Assembly: GCA_046483985.1 (NCBI GenBank)
Contig: JAWOCD010000075.1
Location: 1 to 64,000, forward strand
Origin: Promethearchaeia archaeon
GTDB lineage: Archaea; Asgardarchaeota; Lokiarchaeia; Sigyniarchaeales; SOKP01
Length of the DNA stretch: 64,000 nucleotides
Direction of reading: 5' to 3'
Each line of letters starts with the position of its first letter. The stretch's first letter is position 1. A model generated the notes under the pieces. That model searched no databases. It worked only from the letters and a program-made list of their open reading frames with translations, and was not told where the DNA came from. A program made the translations under genes and the position numbers. Positions 30,716 to 41,926 of the stretch are shown one piece after another.

Positions 30716-30838
30716 TTTTATAATTCATTTATTAGTTTAACTATATTATTATGTGTTTATTAATTAAATAAAGAAAGATTAATTCTTAATTATTTCTTCT
30801 ATTATATAATAATGTATTAGAAAAAGGTTGTCTTTTAA

Positions 30839-31810
30839 ATGTCACTAAAAAATCGTCCATGGGTAGAAAAATATCGGCCACGCATTTTAGATGAGGTTAC
30901 CAATCAAAAGGGCATTATTGAGCGATTAAAGCATTTTTTAAAGAATGAATCCATGCCGCATCTTATCTTTGCGGGACCAGCGGGCACAGGAAAGACCACT
31001 TGTGCCTTAGCTATGGTGCGAGAATTATACGGAAGCAAAATGGCACCAAATAGTACATTTTTGGAACTAAATGCCTCTGATGCGAGGGGGATTGATGTGA
31101 TACGGACTTATATTAAAGATTTTGCAAAAGCGCGTCCACCCCATGAGATTCCATTTAAAATCCTGATTCTAGACGAAGCAGATAATATGACTGCGCCCGC
31201 TCAACAAGCTCTGAGAAGGACCATGGAAAAATATACAAGTAATTGTAGAATGATTTTAATTTGTAATTATTCCAATAAAATTATCCCTCCTATCCAATCA
31301 AGGTGTGTTGTTTTTCGATTTTCCTCCCTCTCCAAGGATGATATTAAAGGAAGGGTGGAATACGTAGCAGACCAAGAAGATTTGGAGTTAGAACCGGACG
31401 GTTTAAATGCATTAGTTGATGTTTCACGGGGCGATTGCCGGAGAGCAATTAATTATTTACAATCTTGCGGAACGATTTCCGATACAATTGATCAAGATGT
31501 AGTTTTTAGAGTTGCTGGGGAGGTTCCACCAGAGAAAATCAGAAAAATTCTACAAACTGCCCTTCAAGGTCAATTGCAGTTATCTATTAGGCGATTAAAG
31601 GATTTAATAAAAAACTACGGTCTTTCTGGCAGAAATATTATTAAAAATATACACAGAGAGATATACAGTTTACAGATTCCCGAAAAATTGAAGTTAGATT
31701 TGGCAAAATTGCTTGCAGAATTCGAATATCGTTTAAGTCAAGGGGGAACAGAAGAAATTCAATTGCAAGCGTTATTGGCCAAAATCGTTCTGCTTAAGAA
31801 TGCCGAATAA
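30839..31810 (+). CDS. rfcS: Replication factor C small subunit
   Basis: PWVEKYRP, GPAGTGKTT, ELNASD.RG, LDEAD, IQSRC. Confidence 0.98.
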   Translation: MSLKNRPWVEKYRPRILDEVTNQKGIIERLKHFLKNESMPHLIFAGPAGTGKTTCALAMVRELYGSKMAPNSTFLELNASDARGIDVIRTYIKDFAKARPPHEIPFKILILDEADNMTAPAQQALRRTMEKYTSNCRMILICNYSNKIIPPIQSRCVVFRFSSLSKDDIKGRVEYVADQEDLELEPDGLNALVDVSRGDCRRAINYLQSCGTISDTIDQDVVFRVAGEVPPEKIRKILQTALQGQLQLSIRRLKDLIKNYGLSGRNIIKNIHREIYSLQIPEKLKLDLAKLLAEFEYRLSQGGTEEIQLQALLAKIVLLKNAE

Positions 31811-32626
31811 GTTCGCTTTCTGATTGTATTTGAAATATTGTTGTCTAAAATAACGTTTCATTCTCTTTTTTGATTTCTCTTCAATTGTAAAACTTATGCT
31901 CGGCTCATACTGTACATCCCATAAAATTAATCCGTGAGGATCGGCAGGCTGATAGGAATGAAATTCTGAGGGATCGAACAAGTTTTTAAATTGTGGATAA
32001 GAAATCTCTCCTTTTCCTAATTCCATTAGTTTTTGAACCATCCGTCGGATTTGTTGTCTTAAAAACCCTTGACTAATAATATCAATTATGATATAATCGT
32101 TAATAACTTGGTAATTGATGTTATCTATATCTCGAACACTTGTGGAACTTTCTGGATCCCGTTTTGAAAAGTTCTGAAAATCATGACGACCTTTAAAGTC
32201 GATTAAACCCTTTCTCATTAAGTCCACATCAAATGAAAATTCCTTTTTGAGAAAGGAAAGGGGAAATGGAAAGATATATTTATACTGGCGACTTTTCGCA
32301 TTGAACCGAGAAGAAAAATCTTTCCGAACCTTTGAATATCCCCATAATCCGATTTCTTTTGGAAGCGCCGAGTTGATTTCCATTAATATCAACTTTTTAT
32401 CTGTTAAAAAAGAAAAAGCAGATCCCCGAGCTGATACATATCTGTCCGTTCGACTTGCCACTTCGAAACCAGAATCTTCCCCATTTTTTATATATTTTCT
32501 TTTTATCAACGCTTTTAAAATCTGCTCCTCAATCGTGAGAAATTCCTTTTGCCTCTGGGAGCCATAATATTTTTTCAATCCGATATAATAGAATTTAATC
32601 AAATATCTCGACTTTTCTCTATTCAT
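31772..32626 (-). CDS. truA: tRNA pseudouridine(38-40) synthase
   Basis: GSQRQ, ASRTDRYVSA, RQYKY, G.HDF.NF, FLRQQIRRMV. Confidence 0.92.
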   Translation of the reverse strand: MNREKSRYLIKFYYIGLKKYYGSQRQKEFLTIEEQILKALIKRKYIKNGEDSGFEVASRTDRYVSARGSAFSFLTDKKLILMEINSALPKEIGLWGYSKVRKDFSSRFNAKSRQYKYIFPFPLSFLKKEFSFDVDLMRKGLIDFKGRHDFQNFSKRDPESSTSVRDIDNINYQVINDYIIIDIISQGFLRQQIRRMVQKLMELGKGEISYPQFKNLFDPSEFHSYQPADPHGLILWDVQYEPSISFTIEEKSKKRMKRYFRQQYFKYNQKANLFGILKQNDFGQ

Positions 32627-32797
32627 TTTTCAACAACCTTTCGACATTTTAAAATATTTAGAATATTTCTTGATATTTAATACCTTATTCTACGAATGGA
32701 TAAATTTTTAATGATAGGTAATTTTTTTTTTATTAAATTCTATTTATTTTGAAAAAGAATTAATTTAAGCTAATCAGAACTTAATGATTGAATAAAT

Positions 32798-35700
32798 ATG
32801 TCACGAATCGGTGAATCATTTAAAAATTTCCGCGATAGAATAAAAGCGGCTGTGAATGTAAAGGCGCGAAATATTCTATTCTTTACCGCTTTATTTTTAA
32901 TCGTAATTATTGCAATTTTAATACGGCTTAGTCCTATTTTACAAGGTCCGAAGTTAATTAAAGCTTTCGATCCATGGATCCAATATTATAATGCCGAATA
33001 TTTATCGGAACACTCTCTTTTTGAATATTTTCATTGGCATGATTATAAAAGCTGGTTTCCAAAGGGTATGGATCGTTCAAATCTGAGACCCGGTCTCACT
33101 TTTACAGTAGTGATTATTTATAAACTTCTAAACTTTTTTGGTCTCCCCATAAGTTTGTATAACGTGTGCTATTTTTTTCCAGCGTTTATGGGGGGGATGA
33201 CCGTTTTAGCTGCTTATTTCTTGGGAAAAGAGATTTTGGACAGGAAGATGGGTTTATTTGCCGCGTTTTTCTTGGCCTTTAATACGGGTCATATGCAGAG
33301 AACAATGGCTGGTTTCTTTGATAATGAGACAATCGGAGTTTTTGCAGTTCTAATGACTCTTGTTTTCTTCTTAAAGACGATCAAAACCGGAAGAACCTTT
33401 TACTCTCTAATTGGCGGAATCTTTTTGGGTTATCTTACATTAAGTTGGGGGGGATTAACCTTTGGTCTCTATATAATCCCTTTAGTATGCGGAGTCTTGG
33501 TTTTACTAAATAAATATGATGAGAATGTACTTACTGCCTATGCAGGAGTTGAGGGAGTGGGTTTACTAATTTACTCGTTGTTTACTCGCTTTAATGTCAA
33601 TGAATTATTTAGCAGTTTAAAAGTCGGAGGAGTTTTTGCATTCACAATCGTCTTAACGGTGTATCATCTGATTTACCAAAGACGACGAAAATATCCCAAT
33701 TTCTACAGAAATTTGCTAAATACTATAAAATATGCAATTATTCCGGGCTCAATAATAATTGCGGTAGTGGTATGGATAGATCCCGATTTAATTCCTCTTG
33801 CGGGAGGCAGATTGGATAGTATTTTAAGTCCTTTTATGAGAGATCAGATGCATATTGTCGCTTCAGTTGCCGAACATATGCCGAGTTCGTGGTCTAATTT
33901 CTATTATAATACACTAATACCCTTATTGGTGGCTCCCTTAGGCATATTTTTTTGCTTTAAGAGGTTGAATGCTTCGGATATCACACTAATGGCGTTTTTT
34001 CTAACTTTATTCTATTTTACGAGCAGCATGGTTAGAATTGTTTTATTATTTGCTCCTGCGGTCGCTTTAGTTGCCGCGTACGGATTGGTAAACATTTTGA
34101 AAATCTTCGGAAGTTTTTTAAAAGAAAAGAGCCATGGAATCAGTAGGAAGAGAAAACGACAATTAAAACAAACTGTTGGCAAATCTGAAGTATATGGGGT
34201 CTACATTTTGATTGGATTCTTATGTATTGCGCAAGTTTCCCATGCCACCGAGATATCAATAAACCAGCTTTCTCATTCGCAAATCGTGGCTGGAGGACAA
34301 TTTCACGACTGGGAGGATTCGCTGACGTGGATGAAGAGTAATTTAGCGGGAACGGATGTGGTAGCAAGTTGGTGGGACTACGGATATTGGCTGACTCCCA
34401 TCGGGAACGTCACAACAATAAATGATAATGGAACTTGGAACTCAACTCAAATCGGGCTAACGGGTATGTCGTTAATGCAGACAAATGAGATTAATAGTGC
34501 AAAAATATTAAAAAGATTACAAGCAGAGTATGTTCTAGTCTATTTTGGGTTTCTTATTAATGGCTTAGGAGGAGATGAAGGCAAATGGCCCTGGATGTTG
34601 CGTATTTGTAATGATCACTACAATAAATATAAAGAATGGGGACTAGAAGAGGACAACTGGAAAGAAGATCAAGTGTTCGACGAAAGTGAATATATTAACA
34701 ATACAAGCGGGCAATACGAAGATAAGTGGTTTGAATCTCAGTTAGTGAAACTAATGTTTTATGGGGAACCAACAAATGTGCAATCAATTACTGATCCCAA
34801 TGCGAATTACTTGAAATATCATTACGCTTCGCAAATTGGTGGCGATCAACAACGAGGTGTCGAACCGCGGAAGGATGATAATGGAAATACTTGGGAATCT
34901 CATATCCCTGAGAATGGAGAGTATGATTTAAAAGTATTTCAACCCACCTATTTCTCGTCAAATGGAATGGTCAAGATCTACAAAGTTGACTATACTGCCT
35001 TGGATTCGAGCTTTAGCATAGAGGAACCACAAGTCTACAATGATGGTCATGGTACTTTAAGATTAGAAAACACGGGTAAAAAAGATTTAGAAATTAAAGA
35101 AGTGGAAATTAATCAAGAACCCTATAATTTTAGCCTAAGTCAACCCGGTGATTCGACAACTCTTGAGCAAGATGGAAAAGAAATAGTCTGGATAGAACCC
35201 TCAGAGACAACAAGCTTTAATAAAGATGATACGGTCAATGTAACCGTTACAGCTGAAGCTGATGCACTCGGCGAAGAAACTTACACTTTCGATACTTCGA
35301 CGAGTAATCTATTTGTAAAGGAATCAGAACCAAGCGACCTTCGGATTAATAGAAATAACAGCAATGTGGTGCAAAATATGGACCAAAACAACGATCCAAC
35401 CGATTCTGAGATATATCTAGAGGTCGAAAATACAGGCGATTCCATAACTAACTTGGATGAATTTTACTCCGTAGATTTAGGAGAAAGTTTTACTGATGTC
35501 ACTTATTTACAAGGATCCTCAATTCTTGCACCAGGAGAGAAGGCATACGTGAAAATAACAAAATCTCCACCTTTTTATCCATTGGGAATTTCTAACCATA
35601 TAGTAGGAGTCGAAGCATTTACCGGAGAAAAAGACGAAACATATTTCTCAGGAAATATGGAAGATTACAAATTGTCAATCTTAAGTGAAGAAAGAATCAC

Positions 35701-36730
35701 CTCGCCAGAGGCAAAAATATTTGGAGATTCGGCAACAAGAGACCACATACCGGTTGATCTCAATGGAACGGTAGGCTATATAGACGATAATGGGACTATT
35801 GATATGAACATTCATACTCAAAATACTGGGGATTTACCTTTTGGTCTTCATTCAGTAAATCTAACAGAGCAATCTACAGATACACAATATGGTACCCTTG
35901 AGCCCGATGAGTACCTAGAGGTGGGCGATAATAAAACAACTCAATTGCAAACATCTGAATTCGACTTGGCGGTAAATGACGAGATCTTTACTTCAATTAC
36001 CGGTAATTTCGAAGGAGAGACTAAAGCTTCCGATATTGGAAAGATACATTTAATTAAAAGAGCTCCCGATCTGACGATGCTCGAAGATGTAAATGATGAT
36101 CTCTCTTCATATATCTTAGCTGATGAAAGCGGAGAGTTATTGATTAAAAATACTGGAAATGAAACCATTACCTTGGATAATATTTCAATTACGGTAAATG
36201 ACACAACCCAAGAATTGTCAATAGAAGATGACATTTCATTTGAGTACGGGGATAAAGAATTGGGCATTCAAGAGTGTGCAATTACCTCATTTGATGACCT
36301 TGATTTGAATATCAATGAATCTACCCCGGTAGATATTAACATCACCACCACAGAATCTCTCTCTAAGGAATATACACTGAATGCCACTGTTAATCTTCCC
36401 GATACGTATAATTATGGGATTGAGATCAATAAGGAAAGCAGTGCTCAAGCTGATGATGATTTAAACCTTCTGGTTGATAATATATTTAAAAATGTAACGG
36501 TTGACTCTGTCTATGTGAATGATACCTACATTCCTTTGAACAACTTTACGAAGGATGGAGACTCTTTTGAAATTGAATCGGACGGACAAATTGAATTGGG
36601 TATGAAAATGAGCGAACTTGAAACGTTCTTAGATGTTTCTCAAATCGAAAATGGGGATAAGTTGGACATTTTGGTAAGAACCAAAGAAGGCGCTGAAGAT
36701 CAAAAAGATATAGATGTAACTAGTAGCTGA
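32798..36730 (+). CDS. aglB: Oligosaccharyltransferase AglB/STT3 with long C-terminal Ig-like extension
   Basis: FDPW, GFFDNE, SVAEH, WWDYG, DN.TWN, DEGKW.WM.RI; about 570 aa acidic beta-rich tail. Confidence 0.95.
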   Translation: MSRIGESFKNFRDRIKAAVNVKARNILFFTALFLIVIIAILIRLSPILQGPKLIKAFDPWIQYYNAEYLSEHSLFEYFHWHDYKSWFPKGMDRSNLRPGLTFTVVIIYKLLNFFGLPISLYNVCYFFPAFMGGMTVLAAYFLGKEILDRKMGLFAAFFLAFNTGHMQRTMAGFFDNETIGVFAVLMTLVFFLKTIKTGRTFYSLIGGIFLGYLTLSWGGLTFGLYIIPLVCGVLVLLNKYDENVLTAYAGVEGVGLLIYSLFTRFNVNELFSSLKVGGVFAFTIVLTVYHLIYQRRRKYPNFYRNLLNTIKYAIIPGSIIIAVVVWIDPDLIPLAGGRLDSILSPFMRDQMHIVASVAEHMPSSWSNFYYNTLIPLLVAPLGIFFCFKRLNASDITLMAFFLTLFYFTSSMVRIVLLFAPAVALVAAYGLVNILKIFGSFLKEKSHGISRKRKRQLKQTVGKSEVYGVYILIGFLCIAQVSHATEISINQLSHSQIVAGGQFHDWEDSLTWMKSNLAGTDVVASWWDYGYWLTPIGNVTTINDNGTWNSTQIGLTGMSLMQTNEINSAKILKRLQAEYVLVYFGFLINGLGGDEGKWPWMLRICNDHYNKYKEWGLEEDNWKEDQVFDESEYINNTSGQYEDKWFESQLVKLMFYGEPTNVQSITDPNANYLKYHYASQIGGDQQRGVEPRKDDNGNTWESHIPENGEYDLKVFQPTYFSSNGMVKIYKVDYTALDSSFSIEEPQVYNDGHGTLRLENTGKKDLEIKEVEINQEPYNFSLSQPGDSTTLEQDGKEIVWIEPSETTSFNKDDTVNVTVTAEADALGEETYTFDTSTSNLFVKESEPSDLRINRNNSNVVQNMDQNNDPTDSEIYLEVENTGDSITNLDEFYSVDLGESFTDVTYLQGSSILAPGEKAYVKITKSPPFYPLGISNHIVGVEAFTGEKDETYFSGNMEDYKLSILSEERITSPEAKIFGDSATRDHIPVDLNGTVGYIDDNGTIDMNIHTQNTGDLPFGLHSVNLTEQSTDTQYGTLEPDEYLEVGDNKTTQLQTSEFDLAVNDEIFTSITGNFEGETKASDIGKIHLIKRAPDLTMLEDVNDDLSSYILADESGELLIKNTGNETITLDNISITVNDTTQELSIEDDISFEYGDKELGIQECAITSFDDLDLNINESTPVDINITTTESLSKEYTLNATVNLPDTYNYGIEINKESSAQADDDLNLLVDNIFKNVTVDSVYVNDTYIPLNNFTKDGDSFEIESDGQIELGMKMSELETFLDVSQIENGDKLDILVRTKEGAEDQKDIDVTSS

Positions 36731-36915
36731 AAATAAAAAATATTACCTTATTATTTTATTTATTCTTCTCTTAGAGTTTAGTTTTAGAAAATTATTTTGA
36801 GATTTAATTTTTATAAGCATAAAAATCTTAAAATATTACATATTCTCTATTTCAACAGATATTTTAATATTTTAATTACTTCTCGGATAAAGAGTGAACC
36901 ATTATTTAATTATCT

Positions 36916-38898
36916 ATGTGTGCTCATTTTAATCTAAAATCAGACTATACTCCTAAAGGGGATCAACCAAAAGCGATTAAAACATTAGCAAAAAATATTA
37001 AGAATGGGAAAAGGTTTCAGACGCTTTTGGGAGCAACTGGCACAGGCAAAACTTTTACTATAGCTAATATCATTCAAAAGGTGAAAAAGCCCACCCTAGT
37101 GATGGCACCCAATAAGACTTTAGCGGCACAGTTATATAATGAGCTAAAAGAGCTGTTTCCGGATAACGCCGTGCATTATTTTGTCTCTTATTACGATTAT
37201 TATCAACCGGAGGCATATCTTCCCACGACTGGATTATATATTGAAAAGGATTTTAGTATAAATGAGGAGATTGAGAGATTACGCCTAGCAGCAGCCCATG
37301 CAGTGAAGACTCGGAAAGATGTTATTATTGTAGCAACGGTCTCTTGTCTCTACGGGTTAGGAAATCCAGAAGAATGGGTTAAAGTTTCTTTGAGTCTTGA
37401 AGTGGGGCAAAGAATTAACAGGTCGGAGATAATTACGCGGCTAATTAAGATGAATTATGAGCGGAGCAGCTATGAATTTAAACCAGGAATTGTGCGGGTA
37501 AGAGGAGATATCGTTGATATATTCCCCGCTTATTTAGAAACCGCAATTCGGATTTCTTTATTTGGGGATGAGATTGAATCGATACAAGAAATCCATCCCA
37601 TTTCAAATCAGAAGATCAAGGATATGCCTAATTGTCGTATCTTTCCGGCGACTCATTTTATCATTCCCGAAGAAAATAAAAAAAAAGCGCTCGAATCAAT
37701 TGAGCAAGAGCTAAAAATGCAAATACAAAAGTTTAAGGAGGAGGGAAAACTCGTTGAGGCTCAGAGAATCGAACGTAGAGTAAAATTTGATTTAGAAATG
37801 ATGCGAGAAATGGGGTATTGCAAAGGAGTTGAGAACTATTCAAGACATTTAGACAGAAGGGAACCAGGTACACCTCCCATGACATTAATAGATTATTTTC
37901 CCAAGGATTTTTTAATGGTTGTGGATGAGTCCCACATTAGTATCCCTCAGATCCATGGCATGATAGGGGGAGATAAAGCAAGAAAAAAAAATTTAGTCGA
38001 ACACGGCTGGAGATTGCCTAGTGCCTTTGATAATAGACCCTTAACCTTTGAAGAGTGGGAAAAAAAAATTGAATATGTAATCTTTATGAGCGCAACGCCT
38101 GGCCCGTACGAAATTAAGAAAAGTGGTGGCGTTTCTGTCGAGCAAATTATACGTCCAACAGGATTGGTGGATCCAAAAGTAGAAGTACGGCCTGTAGAAA
38201 ATCAAATTGATGACCTATTAGAGGAGATACGAAAAGTTATTGAAAACAACGGGAGGATCCTCATCACGACATTAACCAAGCGTATGGCCGAAGATATTGC
38301 AGAATATTACTCTGAATTGGGAATTAATATTGAATATCTTCATTCTGAAATAGATACCGTAGAGCGTTTTGAGATACTAAGAAAACTCAGAGATGGAACC
38401 TATGATGCAGTTGTGGGTATAAATCTCTTAAGAGAAGGATTGGATCTCCCAGAGGTGCAGTTAGTTGCAATCTTAGACGCAGACAAATTGGGATTTCTGA
38501 GAGATACACGCTCATTAATCCAAACAATTGGAAGGGCTTCGAGAAATGTGGACGGAAGAGCAATATTATACGGTGATAATATAACAACAGCAATGAAAAA
38601 TGCAATTGAAGAAACGAATCGACGTCGCAGAAAACAGATTAGTTTTAATAAAAGGCATAATATTACTCCACAGACTATAAAAAAGAACATTTTAAAATCA
38701 CTATCCGAAGAGAAAGAACTTCAAGAGAAACATTCTAAGAAATTAAAAAAGAATGTGAATGAAAAGCTTGAAGAAATAGAAGATAAGGAAGTCACAGCTC
38801 AATATTTAGAGGAAAAAATGTATAAAGCAGCCGAGGAGTTACGATTTGAAGACGCAGCCTATCTTAGAGATAAAATCCAGGAAATCAAGGGAAAATGA
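36916..38898 (+). CDS. uvrB: Excinuclease ABC subunit B
   Basis: GDQP.AI, GATGTGKT, YYDYYQPEAY, DESH, GINLLREGLDLPEV, C-terminal UVR motif. Confidence 0.99.
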   Translation: MCAHFNLKSDYTPKGDQPKAIKTLAKNIKNGKRFQTLLGATGTGKTFTIANIIQKVKKPTLVMAPNKTLAAQLYNELKELFPDNAVHYFVSYYDYYQPEAYLPTTGLYIEKDFSINEEIERLRLAAAHAVKTRKDVIIVATVSCLYGLGNPEEWVKVSLSLEVGQRINRSEIITRLIKMNYERSSYEFKPGIVRVRGDIVDIFPAYLETAIRISLFGDEIESIQEIHPISNQKIKDMPNCRIFPATHFIIPEENKKKALESIEQELKMQIQKFKEEGKLVEAQRIERRVKFDLEMMREMGYCKGVENYSRHLDRREPGTPPMTLIDYFPKDFLMVVDESHISIPQIHGMIGGDKARKKNLVEHGWRLPSAFDNRPLTFEEWEKKIEYVIFMSATPGPYEIKKSGGVSVEQIIRPTGLVDPKVEVRPVENQIDDLLEEIRKVIENNGRILITTLTKRMAEDIAEYYSELGINIEYLHSEIDTVERFEILRKLRDGTYDAVVGINLLREGLDLPEVQLVAILDADKLGFLRDTRSLIQTIGRASRNVDGRAILYGDNITTAMKNAIEETNRRRRKQISFNKRHNITPQTIKKNILKSLSEEKELQEKHSKKLKKNVNEKLEEIEDKEVTAQYLEEKMYKAAEELRFEDAAYLRDKIQEIKGK

Positions 38899-38953
38899 TA
38901 GAATTTTTTTATGAAATTTATCTATGCAATGACCATTAAAGGAGTGAGATATC

Positions 38954-41833
38954 ATGACTGAAAATTCCATAATAATTAGAGGAGCTCGACAAAACAATCT
39001 AAAAAATATCGATGTTCATATTCCCAGAAATAAATTAATTATCATTACGGGTGTTAGCGGCAGTGGAAAATCTAGCTTAGCTATGGAGACCTTATACGCG
39101 GAGGGACAACGAAGATTCTTAGAATCCCTCTCAAGTTATGCTAGGCAATTTTTGGGGGAGATGGATAAGCCAGATGTGGATTCAATTGAAGGATTATCTC
39201 CTTCTATTGCAATTGAGCAAAAACCGCTCTCAAAAAATCCGCGTAGTACAGTTGGAACAATAACAGAGATATATGATTACTATCGTCTTCTCTTTGCTAA
39301 TATTGGAACGCCTCACTGCCCCCAGTGTGGGAAGGAGATTAAACCACAAACGTCACAACAAATAATTAACCAAATTAGAAAAAGGTTGAAGGAAGAGCAG
39401 AAATTTATTATTAAGGCTCCAGTTATTCGCGACAGAAAGGGGGAATATCGAGAATTGCTCCAAGATCTTAAGAAAAAGGGCTATTTCCGGGTGGAAGTTG
39501 ACGGAATTCAATATACCTTGGATGAAGAAATCTCCATGGATAAAAACGTGAAACATACCATAAACGTAATAATTGATCGACTGATAAACAGAGACGATAT
39601 CAAGACACGATTAGCCGATTCCATTGAGACCTCCTTGCATCTCGCAGAGGGATTAGTAATAGTAGAATTTTTTGAGGAAGAGGGAAAAAATGAGGAAACT
39701 TTTTCCGAACATTATGCTTGTGTGGAGTGTGGGATTTCCATTCCGCAATTAAATCATAAGATGTTTTCCTTTAATATCCCTCATGGAAGTTGTAAGTATT
39801 GTAACGGGTTAGGAACTGTTATGGAGTTTGATGCCTCACTGGTCTTAGGAGATAATTATAATGTCCCTCTTCAACAAAGTAAAATCCGTGATATTCCGGG
39901 ATTTGGAACATTGAAAAGTTATTCTTGGCAAGTATTAAATCAAGTTGCTGACCATTATGGCTTTGATACCGAAAACACTCCAATTAAAGAAATTAAAGAA
40001 GAAAAATTAAATAAATTACTCTATGGTACTGGCGAGGAGTTAATTGAAATTGAAATTAAGAGCAAAAAGAAAAATAGAAGATATAAAAATCCCAATAGAA
40101 AGTCAAAATATAATTATGTTCGCCCGTATGAGGGACTTATTCCTAAACTTCATCGAAGATATATGGAAACCAAATCCAACCGTGATAAATATGAAGAATT
40201 TATGGATAAAGTACCGTGTCCCCACTGTACAGGCCAGAGATTAAAACCAGAAAGTAGAGCTGTCACCATAAATGGCATTAACATTGCCGAATTATCTGAT
40301 ATGCCCGTAAAAGATTCGCTTGTATTTTTCGATAATCTGGAGCTCAATGAAAGGAAAAGCGTAATTGTAAAAGAAGTCCTTAAAGAAATAAGGAGTAGAT
40401 TATCATTTTTAGACAATGTTGGATTAGATTATATTGCACTTAGTCGAAGAGCAGGTACGCTTTCAGTGGGTGAGGCTGAGCGAATACGCTTAGCAACTCA
40501 ACTTGGCTCAAGTTTAGTTGGGGTTTTATATGTATTAGACGAGCCCAGTGTGGGATTACATGCCCGGGATATTACTCGACTGGTAAATATGTTGAAAAAA
40601 TTGAGAGATTTAGGAAATACCATCGTAGTTGTAGAACATGATGAGGAGATCATTCGAAATTCTGATCATATTATTGATTTAGGTCCTTTAGCGGGAGATC
40701 ATGGCGGTAGAATTGTAGCGGAGGGTTCAGTTGACGACATTCTTGAACATGCTCAAAATGAATCAGTAACCGCCCAATATTTAAGCGGAAAAAAGAAAAT
40801 ACCCGTTCCGAAAAAAAGGAGAGAAATTACCGAACAGATTATCACGTTAAAGGGCGCAAAGGAGCATAACCTAAAAAATATCGATGTGAAAATTCCGTTG
40901 CATCTTTTTACGTGTGTAACGGGTGTTTCTGGCGCTGGAAAAACGAGTCTTATTATTGATTGTTTGTATAAAGGGTTAAATAACTTGGTAAATACGAGAA
41001 GTAGCAAAATTGATACGGGAGAATTTGATGAAATTATTGGATACGAGGATATCGATAAAGTAATTGAAATCGATCAATCACCTATCGGAAGAACTCCCCG
41101 ATCTGTTCCTGCAACTTATTCGAAGGCATTCGATTATATTCGAAAATATTATGCGCAACTTCCAGAATCTAAAGAAAGAGGATATAAAAAGGGTCGCTTT
41201 TCGTTTAATACCAAGGAAGGCTATTGTAAAAAATGTAAAGGTAAAGGGTATATCCTAAAGGAAATGTATTTTCTTCCTGATGTTTATATAGAGTGCGATT
41301 TATGTAATGGACATCGGTATAATGCTGAAACGCTTGAAATTGAATATAAAGAAAAAAATATCTCCGATGTCTTGAATATGACTTTTGAACAAGCCTTAGA
41401 TTTTTTTAGTAATTTCCCCAATTTAAAAAGAACATTAAAGACGGTGGTTGATGTCGGATTAGGATACCTAGAATTAGGACAGCCATCCCCTACTCTAAGT
41501 GGAGGGGAATCTCAAAGACTTAAAATTGCTCGACAATTAAGAAAAAGGAGCACTGGAAATACATTATATATTCTGGATGAACCTACTACTGGGCTTGCCA
41601 ATTACGATATAAAAATTCTCCTTAAAGTACTCCAACGATTGGTCAAAAAGGGAAACACCGTAATTATTATTGAACATAACATGGAAATTATTAAATCTGC
41701 AGATTATATTATTGATTTAGGTCCAGAAGGAGGCGGGTTGGGAGGAAATGTTGTAGTAACTGGTACTCCCGAAGAGGTAATTAAATGTAAAGACTCTTAT
41801 ACAGGAGAGTATCTGAAAAAACATTTGAAATGA
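38954..41833 (+). CDS. uvrA: Excinuclease ABC subunit A
   Basis: Two ABC domains (GVSGSGKSS, GVSGAGKTS, LSGGESQR), Zn fingers. Confidence 0.99.
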   Translation: MTENSIIIRGARQNNLKNIDVHIPRNKLIIITGVSGSGKSSLAMETLYAEGQRRFLESLSSYARQFLGEMDKPDVDSIEGLSPSIAIEQKPLSKNPRSTVGTITEIYDYYRLLFANIGTPHCPQCGKEIKPQTSQQIINQIRKRLKEEQKFIIKAPVIRDRKGEYRELLQDLKKKGYFRVEVDGIQYTLDEEISMDKNVKHTINVIIDRLINRDDIKTRLADSIETSLHLAEGLVIVEFFEEEGKNEETFSEHYACVECGISIPQLNHKMFSFNIPHGSCKYCNGLGTVMEFDASLVLGDNYNVPLQQSKIRDIPGFGTLKSYSWQVLNQVADHYGFDTENTPIKEIKEEKLNKLLYGTGEELIEIEIKSKKKNRRYKNPNRKSKYNYVRPYEGLIPKLHRRYMETKSNRDKYEEFMDKVPCPHCTGQRLKPESRAVTINGINIAELSDMPVKDSLVFFDNLELNERKSVIVKEVLKEIRSRLSFLDNVGLDYIALSRRAGTLSVGEAERIRLATQLGSSLVGVLYVLDEPSVGLHARDITRLVNMLKKLRDLGNTIVVVEHDEEIIRNSDHIIDLGPLAGDHGGRIVAEGSVDDILEHAQNESVTAQYLSGKKKIPVPKKRREITEQIITLKGAKEHNLKNIDVKIPLHLFTCVTGVSGAGKTSLIIDCLYKGLNNLVNTRSSKIDTGEFDEIIGYEDIDKVIEIDQSPIGRTPRSVPATYSKAFDYIRKYYAQLPESKERGYKKGRFSFNTKEGYCKKCKGKGYILKEMYFLPDVYIECDLCNGHRYNAETLEIEYKEKNISDVLNMTFEQALDFFSNFPNLKRTLKTVVDVGLGYLELGQPSPTLSGGESQRLKIARQLRKRSTGNTLYILDEPTTGLANYDIKILLKVLQRLVKKGNTVIIIEHNMEIIKSADYIIDLGPEGGGLGGNVVVTGTPEEVIKCKDSYTGEYLKKHLK

Positions 41834-41926
41834 AATAACCCATTTTTATTTTCATAAAATTCTAAATCTTACTTACATTTATTTTAACAAATAGACTAGA
41901 TCTTATAGGAATTTTAATAACGTGAA

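Noticed and set aside
36916-41833. uvrBA as a novelty
   Set aside because: Bacterial-type UvrABC is known in several mesophilic archaeal groups; uvrC is probably elsewhere in the genome.
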